A stretch of DNA of 64,000 bases. Origin: an uncultured Phycisphaeraceae bacterium. Its GTDB lineage: Bacteria; Planctomycetota; Phycisphaerae; UBA1845. A program made the translations under genes and the position numbers. Every line of letters starts with the position of its first letter. Within the stretch, counting starts at the first letter, position 1. The stretch is taken from the NCBI GenBank assembly GCA_964526695.1, contig CAZGJA010000089.1, positions 52,694-116,693 on the forward strand, written 5' to 3'. The notes beneath the pieces were generated by a model, which did not search any database, was not told the origin of the DNA, and saw nothing but the letters and a program-made list of their open reading frames with translations. Shown piece after piece: positions 38,394-48,010 of this stretch.

Positions 38394-39586
38394 TGATGCC
38401 TGTCCCGTCGGACTACGAGCGTGGGTTGGGTCGCTTCGGCGGGCAATACGTGCCGGAGCCGCTGGTGGCGCCGCTGACGGAGATTCGGCGCGCATTCCTG
38501 CGGTTCCGCGACGACGCGGGATTCAACGAGAAACTCGGGCATCTGCTGCGTCACTATGCAGGCCGCCCGACGCCCTTGTATTTTTCGCCGAAGCTTTCGG
38601 CGCGCACGGGTTGCCGCGTTTATCTCAAAAGGGAGGACTTGCTGCACCTGGGGGCGCACAAGACCAACAACACCATTGGTCAGGGCTTGCTCGCGCATAG
38701 GATGGGCAAGACGCGCCTCATCGCGGAAACGGGCGCGGGGCAGCACGGAGTCGCCACGGCCATGGCAGGGGCGCTGTTCGGCATACCCACGGAAGTGTTC
38801 ATGGGCAGCGTCGATATCGAGCGGCAGGCCATGAACGTGTTTCGCATGAAGCTGATGGGGGCGACGGTCCGTCCGGTGAACAGCGGCAGCGCGACGCTGA
38901 AGGACGCGATCAACGAGGCCCTGCGGGACTGGATCGCCCGGGCGGCGGACACCTATTATTTGTTCGGCACGGCGGCGGGCCCGGAGCCGTTTCCGGAAAT
39001 GGTCACGCATTTTCAATCCGTGATCGGGCGCGAGGCGCGAGCGCAGATATTGGAAGCGGAGGGGCGACTGCCGCACACCGTGATCGCGTGCGTCGGCGGC
39101 GGGAGCAACGCCATTGGCGTATTTCACGCATTTCTCAAGGATGCCGAGGTGCAACTGATCGGGGCCGAGGCCGGCGGCGACGGTGCAAAGCACGGCGCGT
39201 CGCTGTCCGCCGGATCGCCGGGCGTCTTTCATGGAATGCACTCGTACTTCCTGCAAGATGGAGACGGGCAGATCGCGGAGGCGCACAGCGTGGCCGCGGG
39301 CCTGGACTACCCCGGCGTGGGTCCGCTGCACAGCGCGCTGCACGAATCGGGTCGGGCGAGGTACGTGCCCGTGCGCGACGCCGAGGCGTTGGAGGCGTTT
39401 CATTGGCTCGCCCGGGAAGAGGGCATTCTGCCGGCATTGGAATCCGCGCACGCGATCGCGCTGACAGTGCGGATGGCGCAGGAGTTTCCGCCCAATGCCA
39501 TCGTAATCGTCAATCTATCAGGGCGGGGAGATAAGGACTTGCACACGGTTATGAAGTCGCAGAAGCCGAACGGGGCGGGCGTATGA
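38390..39586 (+). CDS. trpB: tryptophan synthase beta chain
   Basis: [26 protein letters not shown] and [10 protein letters not shown] motifs. ATG 38390 overlaps the trpC stop (ATGA). The upstream part of track ORF 38207 was rejected. Confidence 0.95.
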   Translation: MMMPVPSDYERGLGRFGGQYVPEPLVAPLTEIRRAFLRFRDDAGFNEKLGHLLRHYAGRPTPLYFSPKLSARTGCRVYLKREDLLHLGAHKTNNTIGQGLLAHRMGKTRLIAETGAGQHGVATAMAGALFGIPTEVFMGSVDIERQAMNVFRMKLMGATVRPVNSGSATLKDAINEALRDWIARAADTYYLFGTAAGPEPFPEMVTHFQSVIGREARAQILEAEGRLPHTVIACVGGGSNAIGVFHAFLKDAEVQLIGAEAGGDGAKHGASLSAGSPGVFHGMHSYFLQDGDGQIAEAHSVAAGLDYPGVGPLHSALHESGRARYVPVRDAEALEAFHWLAREEGILPALESAHAIALTVRMAQEFPPNAIVIVNLSGRGDKDLHTVMKSQKPNGAGV

Positions 39587-40449
39587 CCTCAAGACCCGAT
39601 GCAATAACCGACCCGGCTGCAAAGGGAGGGATCGAAACGACAATGCGGTTCCACCGACTGTGGAATAAAGGTGAGTCGAAGGTCGGCGCGTTCATGCCGT
39701 TTTTCATGCTCGGGGATCCGACGCCGGCGCGGAGCCTGGAGTTGATCCGCGGCGCGCTGGATGAGGGCGCGGACGCGCTGGAGCTGGGCATCCCGTTTTC
39801 GGATCCGATTGCCGACGGGCCCGTGATTCATGCATCCGCGCAGCGTGCCGCCCGGGCCGGCGCGGATGTTCGAACGTGCCTGGACCTGATCGCCGACATT
39901 CGTAAGTTCAGCGACGCGCCGATCGGGCTGCTGGTGTATTACAACCTGATTCACCGCCGGGGCGTGGAGGCGTTCTGCAAGGACGCGGGCGCGGCGGGGG
40001 CGGATGCGCTGCTGGCGGCGGATGTGCCGTTTGATCGCGCGGGCGATCTGCCGGCGGCGATGGAAACGCACGGGCTGGGCAGCGTCTATCTGTGCAGCCA
40101 GAACACACCGGAGGATCGTGCGGCGCGTATTCTGCAAGCCTCGACGGCCTACACCTATGCGGTCGGCGTGATGGGGACGACGGGCGCGCGAGAGGACCTC
40201 GCGCCGGCCACGCGCGAGTTCGTCTTGCGTCTTCGAAAGCTGTCGCAGCGGCCTTTTGTGGTGGGTTTCGGCGTCAGCCGGCCGGAACATGCAGTGGAGA
40301 TTCTGCGGCTCGGCGCGGACGGGGTGATCGTGGGCAGCGCGCTGATCCGCATGATCGAGCGGCACGGCGAGGACCATGCCGCCGCGGTGCGCGACATCCG
40401 GGCGTTTGTCCGCGAGGTCAAGACGGCCAGGGCGGTCTGCTACGGCTGA
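39583..40449 (+). CDS. trpA: tryptophan synthase alpha chain
   Basis: [21 protein letters not shown] motif. ATG overlaps the trpB stop (ATGA). An alternative internal start at 39643 is possible. Confidence 0.9.
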   Translation: MTSRPDAITDPAAKGGIETTMRFHRLWNKGESKVGAFMPFFMLGDPTPARSLELIRGALDEGADALELGIPFSDPIADGPVIHASAQRAARAGADVRTCLDLIADIRKFSDAPIGLLVYYNLIHRRGVEAFCKDAGAAGADALLAADVPFDRAGDLPAAMETHGLGSVYLCSQNTPEDRAARILQASTAYTYAVGVMGTTGAREDLAPATREFVLRLRKLSQRPFVVGFGVSRPEHAVEILRLGADGVIVGSALIRMIERHGEDHAAAVRDIRAFVREVKTARAVCYG

Positions 40450-40554
40450 GAGGGCGGGCTTGTCGGGCGGTGCATGCCGCTCCACGAGCGAAGGAGAACG
40501 GCGGGCATAGCCCGCCCTACGGGTGGCGGGGAAAGCGAGAGGGGGTCATAGACC

Positions 40555-41565
40555 ATGCTGGTAGTCATGAACGTGGACGCGACGGCGGCGCAGATCGAAG
40601 CCGTCTCGCGCGCCATCCGCGAACTGGGCTTCACGCCGCACGCCATGCCGGGAGCGCAGCGGACGGCCGTGTGCGTGACGGGCAACAAAGGCCCGGTGCA
40701 TCGCGACGCGCTGGCGCAACTGCCGGGCGTGTCGGAAGTGATCTCCGTCTCCAAGCCTTACAAGCTCGTCTCGCGCGAGGCGCAGCCGGAATCGACGGTG
40801 GTGGCCGTGGACGGACACGCCATCGGCGCCGCGGCGATTCAGTTCATCGCCGGTCCATGCAGCGTGGAGACGGAAGACCGCATGTTCAGCATCGCCGAGC
40901 GGCTGGTGGCGATGAACATCCCTTTCCTGCGGGCGGGCGCGTACAAGCCGCGGACCAGCCCCTACGCGTTTCAGGGTCTGGAGAAAGAAGGCCTGCGAAT
41001 TCTGGACCGCGTGCGCGAGCGCTTCGGGCTGCGGATCGTCACGGAGGTGCTCTCGGAGGAAACGGTCGAAGAGGTCACGGCCGCGGCGGACATTCTGCAG
41101 ATCGGAGCTCGCAACATGCAGAACTTCGCGCTGCTGAAAAAGGTCGCCCGCTGCACGAAGCCCGTGCTGCTGAAGCGCGGCGCCTCGGCGACCGTGGAGG
41201 AATGGCTCATGGCCGCGGAGTACCTGCTGTCCGGCGGCAACCGCCAGGTGATTCTCTGCGAGCGCGGCATCCGCACGTTCTCGGATCACACGCGGAACAC
41301 GCTGGATGTCAGCGCGATCGCCGTGGTGAAGTCGCTGTCGCACCTGCCGGTGCTGGCCGATCCCTCGCACGCGGCGGGCCGGCGGGAGTTCGTCGCGCCG
41401 CTGGGCAAAGCGGCGGTGGCGGCGGGCGCTGACGGCTTGATCATCGAGGCGCATGTGGACCCCAACTCCGCGTGGAGCGACGGCGCGCAGACGCTGGGGA
41501 TGGAGGAGCTGGCGCGGCTCGTCGAGGATGTTCGCCGGTATGACGCGGTGTTTCGGCCGAGGTAA
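40555..41565 (+). CDS. aroF: 3-deoxy-7-phosphoheptulonate (DAHP) synthase, type I-beta with N-terminal regulatory domain
   Basis: N-terminal ferredoxin-like domain (VVMNVDATAAQIEAVSRAIRELGF), then AGPCSVE...LRAGAYKPRTSPYAFQGL...DPSH catalytic blocks. Confidence 0.9.
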   Translation: MLVVMNVDATAAQIEAVSRAIRELGFTPHAMPGAQRTAVCVTGNKGPVHRDALAQLPGVSEVISVSKPYKLVSREAQPESTVVAVDGHAIGAAAIQFIAGPCSVETEDRMFSIAERLVAMNIPFLRAGAYKPRTSPYAFQGLEKEGLRILDRVRERFGLRIVTEVLSEETVEEVTAAADILQIGARNMQNFALLKKVARCTKPVLLKRGASATVEEWLMAAEYLLSGGNRQVILCERGIRTFSDHTRNTLDVSAIAVVKSLSHLPVLADPSHAAGRREFVAPLGKAAVAAGADGLIIEAHVDPNSAWSDGAQTLGMEELARLVEDVRRYDAVFRPR

Positions 41566-41729
41566 TGGGCGCGAAACTCGGGCAGCAGGAACGGGCCGCG
41601 CCGGTGGACCACCAGATGGGCCAAGCGTGATGGGCATCCTCCGCATCGATCCGCGCCCCGGGCACAGCGTCGATTGCGGATCCTGGTGCCCACCGCTGTC
41701 GTGCGTCGTCCTGCGGCGACGCAAAGCGC

Positions 41730-42260
41730 TTACTCGACGCCTACCGACTCGATCGCCTCGCAGTCGCAGTAGGCGCCCTTGTGGATCAGCGCGAGGCACA
41801 ATTCCTGCGCCTGTTTTGTCGCTACCTTCAAGGTCTTCGCAGCTTTCATCAAGAGTGCGAAGTCGCCGCCGCACGCCTTGGCCGGGTCGTTGCCGAGCGC
41901 CCTTTCGAGCTTCTTGAAGACGCCCTTCCCTGCGGCTTGCCGGATGATCTCCTCCGCGCGGCCTGCGACATCCTCCGAGCGCGGCATCTTCAGGTAGTCG
42001 TCGATCTGCTCGGCGGGCGTCAGCTCGAACCAGATCAGCCCGTGCAACTCGCGCTCAAGCGTTTCGGTGGGGATGCGCTGCATGACCCGGCGGAAGCGCT
42101 GCTCGGCGAGCAGGCCCGCAAAGCCGTCCCAGCGGACCACCACCACCGGCTTCCTCCATCGCGACGGCGGCTGCACCTCGACGCCGGCGCCGGGCATCGC
42201 GGGCGCCAGCAGCTCCTTGAGGACGCGCTCGACATGATCCAGTTTCAGCGCGGCAGGCAT
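41730..42260 (-). CDS. hypothetical protein (C-terminal CDCE motif, DUF2695-like)
   Basis: GC3-rich ORF. C-terminus ...ALIHKGAYCDCEAIESV. The family assignment is tentative. Confidence 0.5.
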   Translation of the reverse strand: MPAALKLDHVERVLKELLAPAMPGAGVEVQPPSRWRKPVVVVRWDGFAGLLAEQRFRRVMQRIPTETLERELHGLIWFELTPAEQIDDYLKMPRSEDVAGRAEEIIRQAAGKGVFKKLERALGNDPAKACGGDFALLMKAAKTLKVATKQAQELCLALIHKGAYCDCEAIESVGVE

Positions 42261-42349
42261 TTGCGGGAACTGTGCCCGATCCGCGGGACAAGTCAAGGGA
42301 GTTCAAGAGCACGAACGGGGACAGTGCGCCGCATTCTGGCCTCAAGTCA

Positions 42350-42440
42350 GGGTGGCACGGTCTGGCGTACTCGCCAGGCCGTGGGGAGTGAGCAACCCAA
42401 GCGAGTCCCGGTAGCACGGCTCCGCAGCAGCGGACCCGTG
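42350..42440 (+). repeat. REPIN/MITE-like doublet (variant; hairpin 2 loop inverted, right terminus degenerate)
   Basis: gggtggcacggtctggcgtactcgccaggccgtgg ... cacggctccgcagcagcggacccgtg. Confidence 0.75.
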
Positions 42441-42538
42441 GAGCGAGCCAAGTGACGTTCGCAGATGGTGGGGCTGCTCTCCGAGCAGCCACGGTCCACC
42501 GGCTCTCCGAGCCGGTGCCCGACGCGAGCGCGGCGCCA

Positions 42539-43537
42539 TCACCGGATCAACTTCACCTTCGGCGCAACCGCGTCTGCCCTTGCCACGTATCGCTCGATCA
42601 ACCCGTCGGCCAGCTTCTCGTGCAGCTCGACGACGTGCCGCGGATGAAAGTCCCTTCGCCGGTACACGCGCGGGCGTGCCACGGACCACTGCGGCACCGC
42701 GCGCAGCCGCCCTTCGGCAAGCTCCTTTGCCGCCTGTCGCAGTTTCTCCAGCCCCGCGAGGATCGCCTTGCAACCGATCGTGTGCGGGCCATCGCCGATG
42801 ACGATGTCGGGACGGGCATGATGAACAATCGGCCCGCTGTCGATGCCCGCGTCGATCAGGTGGATCGTTGCGCCGACATACTCCGGCTCGTCGTTGAGCA
42901 GCGGATAGAAGTTCGTGGCCGTGCCGCGGTAATACGGCGACAGGCCCAGGTGCAGATTGATGATCCGTCCGTCGAAGCGATCCAGCAGCGGCGACTTGAT
43001 GAGATTCGTCCCGAACACCAGCACCGCCTCGACGCCGCGCGCCTCGAGAAACCGCAGCGTGCCGACGGTGTTGAGTTCCCCCGGCTGAATGTGCAGCACG
43101 CCGCAGGATCGCTCTTATTCCGCCTTCCCCCCTCCCCTTGTGAGGGGGCAGGGGGAGGGCGAGCTTCCCCCTCCCCTTGGGAGGGGGCAGGGGGAGGGCC
43201 TGTCTGGGCAAGGGGTGGACCACCGCATTCCTGCTTGCTGCCCCACCAGACCCGCCCCTTCAACCTCATCCGTCTCGTGCTCGCCTCGGATGAACGCCGC
43301 ATCATGCCCGAGGAACCGCTCCTCCTGCCGGGCGCGCTCGGCGTAGTGCTCGCGGACGATGCGGAGTTGATCGGCGGTAAGCTCGGCGCTCGCGTCCACG
43401 TCCGCGGGAGAATAACCCGTCCGCTCGTATCCCACGGCGACGACGTTCAGCGCGCGGTGCAGGAACCGGGCCGCGAAGCGGTGGCGCGTCTCCACGCTGG
43501 TGAGCACTGCGAAGCGGGTTGAAGAAGCGCGACTCAT
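42539..43537 (-). pseudogene. formyltransferase-family gene interrupted by a tandem repeat insertion carrying an in-frame TAA
   Basis: Track ORFs 43115..43537 and 42539..43099 are in the same frame (438 nt apart). They are separated by TAA at 43115-43117, inside repeat-encoded sequence. The C-terminal part has NLHLGLSPYYRGTATNFYPL, a formyl transferase core motif. Confidence 0.6.
43124..43202. repeat. tandem pair of CCCCTCCCCTTG.GAGGGGGCAGGGGGAGGGC units, about 40 bp each
   Basis: Read directly: cttccccccctccccttgtgagggggcagggggagggcgag / cttccccctccccttgggagggggcagggggagggcctg. Confidence 0.9.
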
Positions 43538-43736
43538 GCCGATTCATCGGCACAAGCGGAGGCGCACGAACAGCCGCACAGGGGCGGCGGCAGCGCTGGA
43601 CGGCGGGAAGGGTCTACTCGGCGGGCCTTGCGGCAGGTCACAGACCTGCCGGACCTTCGGCAGCTCAGAGAGCTGCCCCACCCGGCAGCTCGGAGAGCTG
43701 CACCACCTTGGCGGCTTGCGGAACTGACGGACCCGT

Positions 43737-44876
43737 TCAATGCCTTCCCGGCTGGGGCCAGGCGTTCTTCACGAAGCGGCCGTCGCGCAGGATGACCTTG
43801 CCGTCGGCCTTGATGACCCCGCCCTTGCGCAGCTCGCAGACCATGTCCCAGTGCAGCGCACTGACGTTCTTGCCCCCCGTCTCCGGGTACGCGGCGCCCA
43901 GCGCCATGTGAAACGTGCCGCCGATCTTCTCGTCGAAGAGCGTGTTCTTCGTGAACTTCTGAATTGAGTAGTTCGTCCCGATCGCCAGCTCACCGAGGAT
44001 CCGACCGCCCTTGTCCTGGTCCATCATCTGATAGAGGTAATCCTCGCCCTTGGAAGCCGTCGCCTCGACGACCTTGCCGCCCTTGAACTTCAGGCGCACG
44101 TCACACACCTCGCGCCCGCCGTACACGGCCGGGAAGCCGAAACACACGTTCCCCTCGGTGGCGTTTTCGATCGGGCCGGTGAAGACCTCGCCGTCGGGAA
44201 AGTTGTTCAGCCCGTCGCAGTTGATCCACTTGCGCCCGCGCACGCCAAAGCGGATGTCCGTTCCGCCCGGCGCGGTGATGTGGATTTCGCTCGCCTTGTT
44301 GAGGTGATCAGCCAGCCGCTGCTGCGCGACGCTGACTTGCTTCCAAGCGGCCACGGGGTCCGGAAGGTGGAGCAGCCCGGCGCCAAACACGAAATCCGCG
44401 TATTCGGACAGCGACATCTCCGCGTCCTGCGCGCTGGCGGGGCAGGGGTATTGCGTGCCCACCCAGCGCAGCGGGTTCTTCTTCGCGGCCGCGCGCGTCA
44501 GCAGCGTTTTGAGAATGGGCTGCGCGGCTTTCTTCACCGTCGCCTGGCGCTTGGGATCGACGTTGGACAGCGCCCGCGTGTTGGTCGAGGCCCAGACCGC
44601 CAGGTAGCAGTTCGCCTCCTCCATCTCGCGCAGGTCGAAGGTGTTGAGCCACTCGAGCTGGTGCGGCTTGCCTTCCTTGAGCAGGACTTCGTCGCACGTT
44701 TCGCTGAGCAGGCGCGGCAGCGGATGCCCGCCCGCGGCGAGCACTTCACGATAGAGCGAAGTCAGCAGCGGCTCGGCCGTGACGGGGACTTTCAGCCGCA
44801 CGACGTCGCCTTTTTTCACGTTCAGCGAATAGCGCACGAGCACCTGCGCCAACCGATCAAGCCGCGGATCAACCAT
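43737..44876 (-). CDS. aminopeptidase, M29 family (AmpS/PepS-like)
   Basis: MVDPRLDRLAQVLVRYSLNVKKGDVV N-terminus and a C-terminal HMALGAAY block, typical of M29 thermophilic aminopeptidases. Confidence 0.88.
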   Translation of the reverse strand: MVDPRLDRLAQVLVRYSLNVKKGDVVRLKVPVTAEPLLTSLYREVLAAGGHPLPRLLSETCDEVLLKEGKPHQLEWLNTFDLREMEEANCYLAVWASTNTRALSNVDPKRQATVKKAAQPILKTLLTRAAAKKNPLRWVGTQYPCPASAQDAEMSLSEYADFVFGAGLLHLPDPVAAWKQVSVAQQRLADHLNKASEIHITAPGGTDIRFGVRGRKWINCDGLNNFPDGEVFTGPIENATEGNVCFGFPAVYGGREVCDVRLKFKGGKVVEATASKGEDYLYQMMDQDKGGRILGELAIGTNYSIQKFTKNTLFDEKIGGTFHMALGAAYPETGGKNVSALHWDMVCELRKGGVIKADGKVILRDGRFVKNAWPQPGRH

Positions 44877-45068
44877 GCCGCACCTCCCGTTTCGACCGTT
44901 TGCACACGCTTGCGCACGCTTCCATCGCACCACGCATCGCACTGTAGGTGAAATCGCGGATGGCTCCAAGCGAGGAGGAGGCGGAACGCGGAAGCGGCTG
45001 TTCTTGGCGTGCCAACGAGCCGCTGACTTGCGGCGTCACTGGGCGAGACCTCGCCAGATAGCACGGCT

Positions 45069-45172
45069 GGGTGGCACGGTCTGGCGTACTCGCCAGGCCG
45101 TGGCGGATGAGGATGGTGTCGAACGTCGCTTCGCCGACGCCACGGGTCCGCTGCTGCCGACCCGCGCCACCC
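45069..45172 (+). repeat. REPIN/MITE-like doublet, 104 bp
   Basis: gggtggcacggtctggcgtactcgccaggccgtggcggatgagg ... cacgggtccgctgctgccgacccgcgccaccc. Confidence 0.85.
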
Positions 45173-45274
45173 AACGCACATCCGAGCCGCCCAACACACA
45201 TCCACAGCATCGGACGCGGATTGAAGCCGCATCGAAATACGGAGAAGATGGCCGAGGGCCATAAGGAGTCCTCG

Positions 45275-47773
45275 ATGCTTGAACTGAGTTGGGTCGTTGG
45301 CGTAATCATCACCGCACTCGGCGCCTGGCAGGCGCCGGCACAGGCGCCGATCGCGGCATCGGATTGGGTGACGACGGGCTGGGACTGCGAGCTGTTCGCC
45401 GCCGGTGATGTCAACGGCGACGGATTCGCGGACGTCGTGACGATCAGCGGGCGGGACAAGCTCTGCGTGTCGCTGAGCCTGGACGGCTGGAAGGCCACGC
45501 CGTGGACGATGGCGACCGATCGGCTCAAGGCCGAGGGGGCGCTGCGGATGTTTGTGACGGATGCGGACCCCGCGCGGCCGGGCAGCGAGGTCGTCGTCGC
45601 GATGCCGGACCATGCGCTGGTCTTCGGTGCGTGGAAAGAAGGCAAGTTCGAGTACGAGGAGCGGCTCACCCCCGCGCCTGCCACGCCGGCTGATGGGCCA
45701 GGTTCCGCCGCCAGCCCCTCGCCCATCGGGGAAACAACATCCACTACGGGTAGTGCTCCAGTCACCGCGCCGCCCTATGAGCCAACGGCGACGGTGCTTA
45801 GTCGAATGCTGGCGGACTTCAACGCGGACGGCGTCGCGGATGAAGCGACCGTCTTCACCTGCCGCAGGCCGCACGAGCATCGCCTCGTCCGCGTCGCGCT
45901 GACGCCGAATCCGAAATCCGCGGATCAGGACAGCGACGGGCTGACCGACGAGGAGGAGCGCCAGCTTGCGACCGACCCGCTCAACCGCGACACCGACTTC
46001 GACGGGCTGCTCGACGGATGGGAGGTGAAGGGCCTGCCGCGCGGCATCGCCGGACCGGAGACTCCGCTGAATCCGCGTCAGCAGGATGTCATCGTCGTCA
46101 TCGGTCCGTATGAAGGGCTGGACCTGCTGGCCGCGCGCGTCAGCCTTGAGGACGCCAAGAAAATCTACCTGCGCATCCCGTCCGTGAATCCCGACGGCAC
46201 GACCGGCATCCACCTGCAATATCGCTTCGACGCGCCCATCGCCCCCAAGGACCAGGGCAACTGGCCCGACGTGGGTGCGAAGTTCTTCGACACGCGGCAG
46301 CGCGGGCTGATGCACTGGATGATGGTCACCGGGCTGGGTGGCGGCGGGCAGTCGTCGCAGTTGGGCGATCTCGGCGCGGCGGGGGCGAACTGGGCGGCGT
46401 TCGCGCATGAGCTGGGGCATCAACTCGCGCTCAGCCACACCGGCGATTCCGCGCCGCCGTGGTGCCCGCTGTACCCGTCGCTGATGAACTACGCCTTCAA
46501 CTACAGCCTCGGCGACGACGGCAGCAAGGTGCAGTTCTCCACCGGCAAGTTCCGCGATTTGGAATTGCGCGAGTCGGCGCTGTCGGAGCGCCTGCCCTAC
46601 GCCTTCGACGACCTCAAGTACCTCGCGGCCGGCCCCTTCCACTTCACGCTCAAGGACGACGGCGCGGGCGGGACGCTGATCGACTGGAACCAGAACGGAC
46701 AGTTCGACGAGGGCACGGTCGCCGCCGACATCAACTACGGCAGCTCGACGAACTGCGGCGAGCGCGTGCGCTTCGACCTGATCGGTTCCGCGCCGGCGCT
46801 GTGCCGCGTCGGCGACACGTTGCACATGGCTTTTCTCACGCAGGACCAGGGTGAAATCCGCCTGCGCACCTACAAAGGTGACGGGCAGTGGACCGATCCG
46901 CGGCCGGTGGCCAACAGCAGCTCCACGTTTGACCCCGTTCTCGTGGGGACGAAAGACGCGGGATATCTGCTGTTCCGCAGGCCCGAAGGCTGGTGGATCG
47001 CGCGGTTCGACGCGGGCACGGTGGACGAGCCGCGCTACTTCGCCGAGCTGCCTTCGATCGAGTTGAGCGCGGGGCGCATCGGCGACCGCGTGCTGCTCGT
47101 CGGTCGGCGCGACGACGACTCGCTCCCGACGTGGTGGCTCGACGCCCCGCGCGATGACAAAGGCGCGATGCAGTACAAGGTGATGCCCGGTCCGCCGCTG
47201 GACTTCACGTCGCAGGTTCCGGTGGACTTCTGCGTCCAGCCGAGGGACGGGCGCGTGGTCGTCGTGGGGTCGGCCTCGCCGGAGCCGGCGCGGAAGCTGT
47301 GGATGCACGCGGCGTGGTTCGAGATGGAATCCGAGACCAACTGGCGGAAGGTGGAGCAGCGGTGGATCGGCGGCGAGGGGGGGGGCGTGACGTGCTCGAC
47401 GCGCCCGACGGTGCGCTGCACGGACGCCGGCGAGCTGCTCATCTTCCACACGGGGTACGCGCACGCCAACGGCTGGATGCTGATGTACCGCACGAAGATG
47501 ATCGGCAATCGCGCGCTGCGCGACGGCTGGCTGGTCAACATGCTCTACGACGAGTGGACGCTGACGCGCCGCCCGATCGCGTTCGAGCTGTCGCCGCAGG
47601 GGGCGGTCTTCGCCTTCCGTTGGGACGCGGGCAAGCACGCCTACGAGGTCAACCACCTGCTCGTGGGACACAACGGGCTGGGCATCGACCCGGAGCCGAT
47701 GCGCGACTACGACGACGGCGCGCTCATCAGCCAGTGGGGCATCCGCCATTCGATCCTGTACATGCAGCCGTAA
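45275..47773 (+). CDS. large secreted protein with an HExxHxxxxxH (metzincin-like) motif, FG-GAP/VCBS-like and Asp-rich Ca-binding-type motifs
   Basis: AAGGAG RBS 7 nt before ATG 45275. Signal-like N-terminus. GDVNGDGFADV, DQDSDGLTDEEE / DTDFDGLLDGWE, and FAHELGHQLALSH. The antisense 1239-aa ORF was rejected. Confidence 0.7.
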   Translation: MLELSWVVGVIITALGAWQAPAQAPIAASDWVTTGWDCELFAAGDVNGDGFADVVTISGRDKLCVSLSLDGWKATPWTMATDRLKAEGALRMFVTDADPARPGSEVVVAMPDHALVFGAWKEGKFEYEERLTPAPATPADGPGSAASPSPIGETTSTTGSAPVTAPPYEPTATVLSRMLADFNADGVADEATVFTCRRPHEHRLVRVALTPNPKSADQDSDGLTDEEERQLATDPLNRDTDFDGLLDGWEVKGLPRGIAGPETPLNPRQQDVIVVIGPYEGLDLLAARVSLEDAKKIYLRIPSVNPDGTTGIHLQYRFDAPIAPKDQGNWPDVGAKFFDTRQRGLMHWMMVTGLGGGGQSSQLGDLGAAGANWAAFAHELGHQLALSHTGDSAPPWCPLYPSLMNYAFNYSLGDDGSKVQFSTGKFRDLELRESALSERLPYAFDDLKYLAAGPFHFTLKDDGAGGTLIDWNQNGQFDEGTVAADINYGSSTNCGERVRFDLIGSAPALCRVGDTLHMAFLTQDQGEIRLRTYKGDGQWTDPRPVANSSSTFDPVLVGTKDAGYLLFRRPEGWWIARFDAGTVDEPRYFAELPSIELSAGRIGDRVLLVGRRDDDSLPTWWLDAPRDDKGAMQYKVMPGPPLDFTSQVPVDFCVQPRDGRVVVVGSASPEPARKLWMHAAWFEMESETNWRKVEQRWIGGEGGGVTCSTRPTVRCTDAGELLIFHTGYAHANGWMLMYRTKMIGNRALRDGWLVNMLYDEWTLTRRPIAFELSPQGAVFAFRWDAGKHAYEVNHLLVGHNGLGIDPEPMRDYDDGALISQWGIRHSILYMQP

Positions 47774-47807
47774 CGGCGGGGGTGCAATTCGAAACTGGGC
47801 ATGGGGG

Positions 47808-47982
47808 CCGTCACCCCCGCGCCGACGGGGGCAGTCACTCTCGCACAGGCGGGAGCCGTCACCCCCGCGCAGGCGGCGGCCCAGGGCGCACCGCCAGTCC
47901 GCTGGATTCCCGCCTGCGCGGGAAGGGCACGGGTAGTTCGTCGCTCCGCGACGAGACTGGATTCCCGCCTGCGCGAGAATGA
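47808..47982. repeat. cluster of GTCACCCCCGCGC..., GGATTCCCGCCTGCGCGGGAA and GGGTAGTTCGTCGCTCCGCGACGA hairpin units
   Basis: Read directly. Two units of each of the first two types and one of the third, between the metalloprotease-like gene and the HAD gene. Confidence 0.8.
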
Positions 47983-48010
47983 CAGGCTTCGCCTTGCACC
48001 ACGGGATGTC

